A stretch of 62,943 nt of DNA, the filler included, from Collodictyon triciliatum (taxonomy: Eukaryota): assembly GCA_043381765.1 (NCBI GenBank). It is 4 parts of 4 records of this genome, joined end to end, with 100 filler letters (N's around TTAATTAATTAA, not from the genome) between each part and the next. Parts side by side here need not be neighbours in the genome. Positions count along the whole stretch, not along the records: positions 48,271 to 62,943 come from JBHJMP010001487.1; 3 more parts are not named here. One strand, written 5' to 3'. Below, piece by piece: positions 48,171 to 59,354 of this stretch. How positions within the stretch are numbered: the first letter of the stretch is position 1; each line of letters starts with the position of its first letter. The notes under the pieces were generated by a model. That model had not been told where the DNA came from, ran no database searches, and saw nothing but the letters and a program-made list of their open reading frames with translations. A program made the position numbers and the translations under genes.

Positions 48171-48270
48171 NNNNNNNNNNNNNNNNNNNNNNNNNNNNNN
48201 NNNNNNNNNNNNNNTTAATTAATTAANNNNNNNNNNNNNNNNNNNNNNNNNNNNNNNNNNNNNNNNNNNN
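48171..48270. other. Artificial contig linker
   Basis: Same 100-nt N/TTAATTAATTAA/N structure. Confidence 0.95.
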
Positions 48271-48425
48271 TCTGTTTCTGTTTCTGTTTCTGTTTCTGTT
48301 TCTGTTTCTGTTTCTGTTTCTGTTTCTGTTTCTGTTTCTGTTTCTGTTTCTGTTTCTGTTTCTGTTTTGTGTTTCTTAGGTATATCGTATTGATGACTCG
48401 ACCAACACGCTTTTGTATATCTTAG

Positions 48426-51004
48426 ATGGGGACAAGGAGAGTGGAATGGACCTTGGTCAGACAACTCGCCGCAGTGGACAGCAGATTTGCAGGTCACATC
48501 ATAGAAATCCAATCTTACCACTGAGTTCTCGGCCAATCAAAAAAAAAAGTAAAGAAAAGAAAGAAAAACAAACGTCATAAATGATCGCAAAGAAGTCTAG
48601 TTAACCTTTCCTTTTTTTTTAAAAAAAAAAAAGAAGTCTCTCATGTATGACTATTATCTACATTCCCAAAACTTTATTCATACACAGGCAGAACTCAATT
48701 ATGAGTTTTTTGATGACGGAACCTTTTGGATGGACATCGATAACTTTACAAAGTATTTCAACAAATGTAAGGTTACACACCAAACTGATTGTTTACCAAT
48801 ATTGTTTCTTATCCAGCACGATTATGGAAATTGTATGAAACCCCATGAACAGAGATTTTCCACATTGCCAAGCTGTATAATCCAAGATTCACCGTTTTCA
48901 TAATTTAAGAAATATTCGCTCATCTTAGTATACATATGCCGATTGTATGACGATAGCGTAGGGAATATTTGGTGTAAATACATGACAACAGTAGGGACAT
49001 TCGTTGATATCAACCAGGATAACTGTTTCTTCTCCTATTTTTGATATGGACTCCTGGAAATAAAACATTATCCGACTTTTTATGATTCATATAAATAAAA
49101 ACTACAGAATCGATGGACTGAAGAAAACAGCGGTGGTTGCCTGAATAATAAAGAAACATGGATGCTTAATACCCAGTACTCCATATGTGCAAAAGAGGTT
49201 GTCTTTTTTTTCTCCTTTTCTTAAATGTAATTTTGATATATGCCTATGCCTTACCTTAACCCATCACCTCCTATCTATTTAGGGAGACACTGTCGCATTC
49301 ATCGTATTGAACCAAACTGATTCGAAGATTTATGGTCACGAGACTTATGAAAACAATATCGGCTTTGTTGTTGCAAAGCACAAAGGTCCTATTTTCAAAA
49401 GACTGTTATTCAGGCAAACTTGTTCACATAACCCCAATATTTACATTGCCAGAATCATGACAAATTTCCGCCAGATTCAAAACAGTTTGGTTGTCATATT
49501 AATCACGTAAACACACAGACATTGAAGAGCAGAAAACCACGATTAAGTCAAGTGACGTTGTGGCATTTACAGCATACGGCCCATTCCGTGAAGGTTTATA
49601 TTGTTTTGTTATATTTCAACATGTATTCTACACTGTTACTCATCTAGAACAATGAACTATAAGTGTCTTGCGAGGTTAAAGTGAGTACCAGCGCCCCCGT
49701 TATAGTCATTCCAACCACGTATCATTATGGAAAAACAGGGAAATATTTTTTAACAGGTTGCTGCTTTGCACCCATTCAAAACTTATCATATGACTTAATT
49801 CCCATTGCTCTGCAGATAAGTTTCCTTGACTCTAAATAGGATGTTTTGTATCTGCCTTTTAGTGTATTCTGATATGCCGATCGACTTTATGAAAATCGGT
49901 GACCATCCTCTGCCTGATGTAAAATATTCGCTGTTTCCTATTATTATTATTATTTTTGGGGGTTCTTTCGTCCAAATTTCACTTCGTTTATTTACTCCTT
50001 TTTGCTATTGTTCTTGATATACTATGATAATTCTTTTATAATTCATCGCTTATTTTTCTTTCTTTCTTTTTTTAATTTTGACTATCTTTTTGGATTAGAT
50101 TTCGAAATCCATCACAGTGCCCGCTAGAATATCCCACGTCTCTCCACCAAACATCGCCTCCTTGCGCAATGGCCACAACAAGACAACAACGTTAAGGACT
50201 GAGAATATGAACTCATTCATAGAACCTAAAGTGCATGACACCAATTCTAGTCTCGATCAAGAAGCGACAAAACCAGTGTCTTTTCTTCAGGTTTCTTTGG
50301 CTCTCCATTACAAACGTCTTCTAGACCTAGATTATGCAAATAAATGCTGATTGCAACTGCTACCGCATGACACATTCTACTGTCGTAGGAAACTGTAGAG
50401 AGAACTGAAGACCCATATTCAATCCCTATCAGCAAAGCTATCAGCATCATAAACGCCCATGAAAAATATGTGGACACAGGTACAATTTTAATGTTCATAG
50501 TTTACGTATGAATATTCTGATATTAATTAATTTCATTCTATAATTGAATTATCACTCTGAGCTGTGTACCTGGCATTTTGTCTGAAAGATTTCTGTTCAT
50601 CTACAGATTTTCCTGCAAATGTGACATCCATTTACCCAGAGCCGAATTCAATACCCGCAGGTTCACGTCAAATTCAGATGTAGTTTTATTTTGCAAAAAT
50701 TGTTGATGATATTTTTAAAATATGAAAATAAACACATATTCAGATGTTGTTCTTCCTCGAAGTTGGAAGCGAATAAGCCTCATGCACGCAGATTCATGCT
50801 TGTTCAAGTCGAAGCCTCTTTCTTCAGACATCATTCAAGGTTGAAGTTTTTTTTTAATCTCGTCTCGTTTAGCATACTATTTCAACTGAAAACTGGAGGC
50901 AAAACAACGATGAAAACTCATTTGATTGCAATACAAGGAGCTTTGGACGATTGCTATCTCTTAGGCGCCATCGGCAGTAAATTATTATTATCATTATTAT
51001 TTCC

Positions 51005-51068
<64 letters not shown>

Positions 51069-54000
51069 TTTTGAACTGAGTTCGTCTTCTTGCATGACTT
51101 TCTTTTTATAAAATTTCACCGTTGATATAATAAGACCAACAAGAAGGAATGATTTATTTTCAAAAGTTGTCGCTTGTAGGCCTGAAATTCTGAGTAAAGT
51201 TATTCTCAGCCATTCACAAAAATACGGAATGTGGGGTTTCTTTTCTTTATTTTTTCTTCTCTTATCATGCTTAATGTGCAAACGAAGGTTAAGCATATAT
51301 TGATAATTGTTAAAAAAAATGAAGATAGAGAAATTAGAGATAATAATGATGAAACCCGCACTTCAGATATCACCTTCGCATCTACAAAGAGGGAGATTGG
51401 AGAGATGTTTTGGTTGATGACTTTATTCCTGTTGGAGAGGATGAGCTTCCCATTTACGGCCGCTCGACCCATGGTGAGTAATTTCAGCACATGATAAGGA
51501 TACAGTTATAATCAGCACATGACATTTAGAAATCCGCTCCATCTTGCGGAATTATAACATTTACCAAAAAAATTACTTTGGAATATCGATGAAATTATCT
51601 TAAATCCTTTTTTTTTTCTGAATCAAAATTCAACCCAGAAAATGAAGCTTGGGTTTCAATAATAGAAAAAGCATATGCCAAAATACATCAATGCTATTTG
51701 AACATCGATGGCGGCGGGTTAGTTCATTTTCAATCCATTAATTGTTACCCTTTTCCATCTCTTCAACAATGCACGATAGAACGATGTGTTCTCTGGTAAA
51801 ATGTATGCTGATATATGGAATAATTTGCAGAACACTGCAGGCGCTCACAGATCTTACTGGAGGCGTTTCTCAAAAAATGTAAGCGATTTTTCAAAAAAGA
51901 GAGATAGGAAATGAAGCAATTTCTTATCATTTTCTCCGCTATTTTTTTTTTGTCTTAAAACCACTAAGATACGTCTCGTGCATACAGTAATTTAGATGAG
52001 AAGGAAACAAAAGGAGAGTTGGAAAGCGGCAAGTTTTGGGAGCAAATTTGTTCGTTTAAAAGAAACGGGTAGCTCGATGACATCCTTGCTTCCATCATTT
52101 TATAATTAAATGACGTACATCGCCAGGCTTCCAATTCTTATACTACAATTGCATCCAAACAACACCTGCATATTTTTTTCTTGGGTTGCATTTTCTTTTT
52201 GAAATACCTATTCCTCGCTTCTTATTTTTCTTGCGATTTCCCCTTTTTTCTTCTTGTTTTCAGTTGGCTTCTGGGTTGCGGGTATACTGTTGGCTCGATA
52301 GCCTCCGACAAACCTGAATACGGGATTCTTGCCGTTTGTTCCTGAGCTTCATACAACTCAGTCGCATGACATCCTCTTGCAATTTTGCATACTTTAGTTG
52401 CATATCAATCCATTCTCCAATTCGTTATTGCAATCCATTTTTACTCTTTCATGCTCTTTTTTGAAAAGGAACTCAATACCCATAGAATCGAGCGTATGGT
52501 ATTGTCGATGTTCGTACTTATTTGGGCCACCAGCTTTTGTTGATAAGAGACATGTATGAATATCTGATAATTTTAACGGATTTAAGGCACTGTCCTTTTT
52601 CGAGTAATCAGTCCGCAAAAAATGAAGATAAAAATAAAAATTAAATACACACCTGGTTATTTCATATGTATATTTAGATGGGGAACTTTCAGATGGGCTG
52701 GTGCATGGTCTTCTGAGTCATCAGAATGGACACCCAACGCACAGGTATTTTTACCATATATATATAGTTCATTTGAAAAGCTCACTTATTCAATATATTT
52801 TCTTTCTTAATCTGTTTCAATTTATCTCTCAAAACCAACACAGACGGATAGTGTTTTTTTTTTTATTGCATCATGTAATTTTCGGGTTTTAACGCCTTTG
52901 ATAACAATAGAGGGAACTTGGTCAAGAGCCAGACTCTGGTCGGTGCTTTTGGATGAATCTATCTGATTTTAGTCGCATTTTCAACAAGTTGTATGTGTGT
53001 CGTTTGTATGAACATGATGAATCATGGAAGAAAACAAGTTTACAGGTAAATATATGCTAGAATCATAATTCTTATAATCCTTATAACCCTTAAATTAAAG
53101 ATAAAATCTACCAAAAAATAATGAATTTTTTTTTTTAAAAAAATAACCTTTAAAAATGCTATCATTATGTATCTTGTGACTTGAAATACGACTCAATCCT
53201 AATGCAATCCTATTGCGAATGATCATGAAGGGCGAGTGGACGTCGCGCACGTCCGGTGGATGTCTAAACTTCAAGTCATGGGTGAACAATCCGCAATATT
53301 CTGTTACATCGAAGCATCCTAATCTCGAATGCTACATAGTTCTTCGGTATTAATCACATACGAAATCTCTAATAAATTCCTCAACTTCTTGACATCCCAA
53401 AACATAAAAATAGAAACTGCATACTTGACCGCCTGAATATTAAATTGTAAACACTCTAACTTAGTCAGCCCGACACTCGCCTATTTGGATTGCCTGACTA
53501 TCCAAACAGCATCGGCTTCGTGGCTTTGAAAGGGGAGGCCAAGCAAGGAACACGTACGGAGAAATGCAGATACCCTGATTATATTTTCATACATAAATTG
53601 AAAATATGCTAATATTATAGATAGCATGACGGTTTCAGAATTCTAACACTTACGTCACCAGACTTCAAAAAAAAGACGAAAGTTACCAAGGCTGACATTC
53701 TCTGCAGCAGCCCTTATGGACCAATACGGGATGGTATGTTTGATTATGTTTCCCTAGATTTCATTTCACTTAATTTGACTTGATAACATTTGCTTCAGTT
53801 GGGTGCGAAGTAACACATGGCGCACAGCTTTCGGAGACCTGTTTTGTGGTTATTCCAACAACCTTTCATCCAGGTCTTTTTTTTAGAATTTTATTTGTCT
53901 ATCTGAAAGCTTGCATGATGCAAATTGGGGTCAATTGTAGAATATCTCTTAATAGCCCGCATTTATGTTCCATTCGTGTGATTGCTTATCCCATACCCCG

Positions 54001-55269
54001 CAGAGAAAACTGGAAAGTTTACGCTGGTGATATATTCAAATCACGAGATTGAGCTCAAAGAAATAAGCACTCTTCCGGATGGAGCAGAAACCTCGCCTCT
54101 TTATGATAAATTTCTTACAAAACAAGTGACGGTACCCAAACTGAATGATAGTAACAACCCGGAGAAAACTGAAAATTTGACAGAAAACAAAAGACCGAAA
54201 GAACCATCCCTTCCAAAAGTGAGTGGGAATGTTCAAGCAACATCTGCCAACACAGAGAAACAAAAAAAGCCGGATTCATCATCAGCGGCTCCTAGAAAGG
54301 TAATCAACATGCATGGCCTTTTCGAAGTATATCAGTACGCATGCAAATATCAATTATACACTTTGTTAGAAACCCTGTAGAATTTTTTTTAAAATAAAAC
54401 ACACAGGAAATATCAAATCCTCGATTGTCCCCAAAGCCTGTCGCAAGAAGCACAAGCGTGTCATCACAGGCACAATTTCATGTCACCCCATCCTTGGCCG
54501 CAAAAGCACCGTCAAAGTTTGTTCTTGTCATCTGCCACACAGAAAAACGTCTCTATCGAAACAGCAATCTGACTATCTTTGAGATTATCTGATCTAATTT
54601 CTCCTCATACTTTTTTTTTACGTGTAATACAGGACTCTGGAGGGCCCAGGTTTGTTTCTCATCAAGAGTGGGATAATACTGATTATTCATCGCCTTTTAC
54701 ACACAATTTTATCGGACACTTTACATGTCGCTTTTTCTTTCTCTTTCTCTTCTTTCTCTTCTCTTTCTCTTTCTCTTTCTCTTTCTCTTTCTCTTTCTCT
54801 TTCTCTTTTTCTTTTTCTTTTTCTTTCTCTTTCTTTTTCTTTTTCTTTTTCTTTTTCTTTTTCTTTTTCTTTTCTTTTTCTTTTTCTTTTTCTTTTTCTT
54901 TTTCTTTTTCTTTTTCTTTTTCTTTCTTTCTTTTTCTTTTTTTTTCTTTTCTTTTCTTTTTCTTTTTCTTTTCTTTTTTAACCCTTGAAATTCTAGGAAA
55001 TGTCGGGCTACCGTCGTCTGCAGAATTAAGACGTAAGATTCAAGTGTCCTGAAAGTCAACAGAACATATTGGTACTGACGGGACTGCCTTGCTTATGTTT
55101 TTTCTGTATGTTTTTGTTTTTGTTTTGCATAAAAAAAATAGGTGATGAAATCGGATTATTGAGACAGGAGGTAGCACAACTACGAGTAGATATGGAAATG
55201 CAGATGCAAAAGCTTCGGGATGACATTATGAACGAACTCGGTGATATTAAGAAGCTTTTACAAAAATGA
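48426..55269 (+). CDS. Calpain-family protein with two tandem CysPc + domain III (C2L) units and a C-terminal coiled coil; 5' end cut by a linker
   Basis: Unit 1 end: WGQGEWNGPWSDNSPQWT, DDGTFWMDIDNF, SGGCLNNKETWMLNTQY, VIPTTY. Unit 2: YVDTDFP, DIIQGALDDCYLLGA, VLVDDFIP, EAWVSIIEKAYAK, ALTDLTGG, WGTFRWAGAWSSES, GRCFWMNLSDF, SGGCLNFKSWVNNPQY, VIPTTF. Ends with EVAQLRVDMEMQMQKLRDDIMNELGDIKKLLQK*. Confidence 0.9.
54730..54980. repeat. (TTCTCT)/(CTTTTT)n tract, calpain intron
   Basis: Seen directly. Confidence 0.93.
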
Positions 55270-55445
55270 TGCAGATATGTTTTCGAGAAATATTTATAAA
55301 TAATAGTGCCATACTGGAACAAATAAAAGAAAAAAGTTTATTTTTTGTTTCTTTCCTTATTTTATTTATTTATTCTGGAGTTGCCATACGATTTGGATTC
55401 GATATCTCTAATGATACGAAAGAAAATGTTTTTACTATTAAAAAG

Positions 55446-57365
55446 TCAATCCGTTGGCCAATCTTCCGTATTGAGTCGATAGGGGGACAGAGCAAGATTC
55501 AAAGCCATGAGAATTGCAAATGAGTATTGAAGGATAATAGCAGGCTTGAGATTATATTTCCAAGACCTTGACACAGCAACCTCAATACCATACAAATAAC
55601 TTTCGAGAGACATATACGCAACTTGTGTGACTAATTCTATGGGGAGCTGTATCAATATGCTAACAAACATTTGGCGAATCGATGTGAATGTTTGGAATGT
55701 AACATACGCTTGGATGGGCTCGAAAAGGAACAAAATAATGGGCAGAAAAATGGTTAGCTGAATGTCGGTCATGGATATCAAGTACGACCGATTAGAACGG
55801 TAAGTTAGAAGAAAGCGGGTCATCTCGTCCTCTTTGTTGAGCTCTGCAAAAAGCTTGCGAATGCCTGCCATACTCAGATCAACTTCATGCAATTCTTGAG
55901 ATTCCACTGGCACACCGTTTTCGATTTCATGACTCTGATGATTGTGCTGATTGTGTTGATTCTGTGATTGACTCTGGCATAGGTTATGAACTTTCCTGGG
56001 CGAGAAGCAAGCAAACCATTTCTTTTTCCTTATGCGATTCATGAGTTTGAATGTGTAAATCGTTCTCGGCGCGACCGTGCCTTGGAGAACAACATCAAAA
56101 ATACCCGAGGAAATGGCCATCAGCGCCGTATTCTTCATACTACCTGAGCTTGATACCATGAATCGAAGGATAAACGCCGATGTCGAGTTCATGATGTTCC
56201 CTGTGACCATCCGGTATTTAGCGTATTCCTTCGATTTATAAATGATAAGGTTATTCATATAAGAGTCTGCAATACTGAAAAGGAAAGGAACTATGATGAT
56301 TCTACCAATAATCCTGATTGTAATGCTTGAGCCCATGATAAATGGTATGATAAAAACAGTGAGGGTGAAATAGGGTATGACAAAAACAATAAAGCCTTTG
56401 AATATTGTCGAGGGTGTCCCGTCACCAGAGAGTGTTTCATACCGAGCGTTTCTCTCCCAATTGCTATCTTTATTGCCGCCCTGCTTCATCTCTGTATTAA
56501 TTTTGCTCGACAAAGGTATACATCTCTGCAAAAGATACATGTTCAACAGAAAAATCCCGTAGTTCACCAAGGACATCGTAGGGAGCATATACACCTCTCT
56601 GATGACGAACGTAGCCATATTTATCAGACAGCACGGAATCGTGATCTTGTAAATAAGATGCCAAACTCGCTCTTTTCCAAAGAGGTACAGACAGGTCAGA
56701 GCCACAGTGGCATACATCGAAGCCATAAAGAAACACGTCGATATAAGAAAATGAATCAGCACATTTTCGTAGTTGATTTCAAAAAGCCATGAAGATCCAA
56801 ATATAACGGAGGAGACGACCAGGGGTGTAATATCCAAAAGAGAAGAATGATAAATCAGCCACACGACATTCTGGACAGCATATTTGAGTGACTTGGAAAA
56901 GCTCGGGGCGTTCTTTGGCCGAATAAAAGATGCTTCGTGGTTGAAACTCCTGTCTTGTTTTCTAATGCTCTTGATTCTCCAAGCGTGCTTGTTTACCGGT
57001 GCGTTTTTGTGCTCGTGGCGATGGTGGTGTTTTCGGATTTCTTCGTCACCCACCAGCTCCGCAGGGCCAGTATTCTGGGCCTCTTGAGATTGGTGGATAC
57101 ACGAACCGCTTGCTGTCTGTGCTTCATCTTCGATTATATCCACACAGTCGCCTAATTGCGCAACCTTTTCTTCATTACTGGAGCCAGAGTCACCTTCATG
57201 CGCATATTTGCGATCTACAACAACACGGCTGCTTGCTTGTTTGCTGTCTTGGCGTGCTTTTTGCTGTCTATGCTCATACTTGTCGAACCTGACCTGTTGA
57301 CCTGTCCGTCCGTTGTCGATAGCTGCTGCGTCGAAATCGGCTGCAAAACTTCCGGCCGCTTGCAT
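55446..57365 (-). CDS. Intronless multi-pass membrane protein of unknown function (about 640 aa)
   Basis: Single long ORF with a hydrophilic N-terminal ~165 aa, then roughly 10-11 hydrophobic helices and a Gln/His-rich loop. The first ATG is at 57365. Confidence 0.75.
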   Translation of the reverse strand: MQAAGSFAADFDAAAIDNGRTGQQVRFDKYEHRQQKARQDSKQASSRVVVDRKYAHEGDSGSSNEEKVAQLGDCVDIIEDEAQTASGSCIHQSQEAQNTGPAELVGDEEIRKHHHRHEHKNAPVNKHAWRIKSIRKQDRSFNHEASFIRPKNAPSFSKSLKYAVQNVVWLIYHSSLLDITPLVVSSVIFGSSWLFEINYENVLIHFLISTCFFMASMYATVALTCLYLFGKERVWHLIYKITIPCCLINMATFVIREVYMLPTMSLVNYGIFLLNMYLLQRCIPLSSKINTEMKQGGNKDSNWERNARYETLSGDGTPSTIFKGFIVFVIPYFTLTVFIIPFIMGSSITIRIIGRIIIVPFLFSIADSYMNNLIIYKSKEYAKYRMVTGNIMNSTSAFILRFMVSSSGSMKNTALMAISSGIFDVVLQGTVAPRTIYTFKLMNRIRKKKWFACFSPRKVHNLCQSQSQNQHNQHNHQSHEIENGVPVESQELHEVDLSMAGIRKLFAELNKEDEMTRFLLTYRSNRSYLISMTDIQLTIFLPIILFLFEPIQAYVTFQTFTSIRQMFVSILIQLPIELVTQVAYMSLESYLYGIEVAVSRSWKYNLKPAIILQYSFAILMALNLALSPYRLNTEDWPTD

Positions 57366-57849
57366 TATGTTGGCCACTTTCCTTTTCTACTCTGCTTCCT
57401 CCTCCCCTTCTCTTTTTCTTTCTTTCGTGCGCCGCACCCTGGCTCAACCGCCTATATTCAGTTTTGTGGTGAGTCAAGGGAGTCAGCACTACCGCAGCTG
57501 CGGCCAGTTCGACCCACAAACAGTCGCAAGCCATCCAAGTGACGCTGTTTTGAAAACCCATTGAAAGAAATATAATGGAAAAGCGGTGAAGAAAAGAATG
57601 AGAGGAACGGGGCTCAAGAGAAGAAAAAAACATCTGATTCCCGTTTGGAGATGCACAGGAAGGTTTTGCTTCTCGTTTAGAAGGAAAAATGCCTCGTTTA
57701 GGTTTGTCTTTATTTGGCATAAAATGCGATGAAAACGCGTTTTGTTGGAAAGGCTGCTACATATTTGGTATCAAGTGTCAAAACGCCAGGATTCTGGTGC
57801 TTTGTTTGCCCCAAAACTGCCTTCTAGATGCATCTATTTTTTAATCCAC

Positions 57850-58055
57850 TATAATAAAATATAATAAAATAATAGAATAGAATATAATAGAATAGAATAT
57901 AATAGAATAGAATAGAATAGAATATAATAGAATATAATAGAACAAAACAAAACAAAACAAAAACAAAAAAACAAAAAAACAAAAAAAACAAAAAACAAAA
58001 AAACAAAAAAACAAAAAAACAAAAAAACAAAAAAACAAAAAAAACAAAAAACAAA
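57850..58055. repeat. A-rich compound microsatellite (AATAG / CAAAA) just upstream of the Ctk3-EYA start
   Basis: Seen directly. Confidence 0.92.
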
Positions 58056-58084
58056 GACGTAACTCTTCACATAAGCAGAGCAGG

Positions 58085-59268
58085 ATGAACATTTTTGAAG
58101 CTTGTCGCACTTTCGGATCCCTGCTCGGCTGTCTCGACCATCCAAAGAAGCTCAAATCGGTGGCGAAACTTGCGACTTCGTATGTCGATCTTGTGGGAGA
58201 GTTTACTGACACGTTCCAAGAGAAGATGCAGGAGGTTTGTCTGACCCCATCTCTCGCGAGACATTTATTTATTCATTCATTCATTTATATTTTTCTTTTG
58301 GTTTTATCGATGCCGTTGGCTTCATATATGGTTTATACGGCCTCGTAGTGCATAGATGTTTTTATATAGTCTATGCGCCTTCTTTTTTTCTTTTATTTGT
58401 GCTTCTTGTTCACGAGGTGTCTGACTCTTCTGAGAACTAAAAACTTTGAGTATACTTCTTTATTTGAAATCATTTGCATCTAATATTTGAATGGAAGCTT
58501 CCTCGAGCCTTATAATCATGCCGATAGAGCCAACTTTTAATTATCTATTTACCATATTACTACCATCATGCATCTATCTAACTTAATTTTAAACATTTCC
58601 AGTTTGCCTTATTTTTTTTTAAAAAAAAATCTCGTCTGTATTTTCACCACAGAACTGTTCTTGGATTATGTTCTTTCGCAATCCGCGGATATCAGCACCG
58701 TAATCAGTTTTTGGTATAATACAGGTTGCGCCAGAACAGCGCGGATTGATGATGTATGCTGTGGATGCAATATGTCTGCCAAAGGCTGGAGAGGCGTGCA
58801 AGGAATATATGGCAACATTCCTGCCGCTGCTTCCCGAATTCGTCAAACTGTCAGCCGAGAATTCAGAATCAGCACGCATGAGCAACAGAGTAAGTGTTTG
58901 AAGAGATAGAGAGAAATCATATTGGCACCGTCAAAATCAAGAAAAAAATTTTTGGTTTCGATATCATAATCATTTTAAATGCATGAAGTTTGCTATCTTT
59001 TGATTTCTTTATTAATAATGTGCATCATTCTACTTGAGGCAATCGGCTGGTGGAGAAAGAGGCGTTGCTTTTCTGAAGAATTATTGGATGAATTGCAGAG
59101 AACGATCAATATGGAATCGGACAAATCAGAGTACACAATTGCCAACAATCTCTATATATTGTAAATGTGAATCTATCTGCTACATTTTTGCAATTGAATT
59201 CCTTATTCAAATTACTATATATTATTATTGTTATGATTATTATTATTATGATTATGATTATTATTATG

Positions 59269-59354
<86 letters not shown>

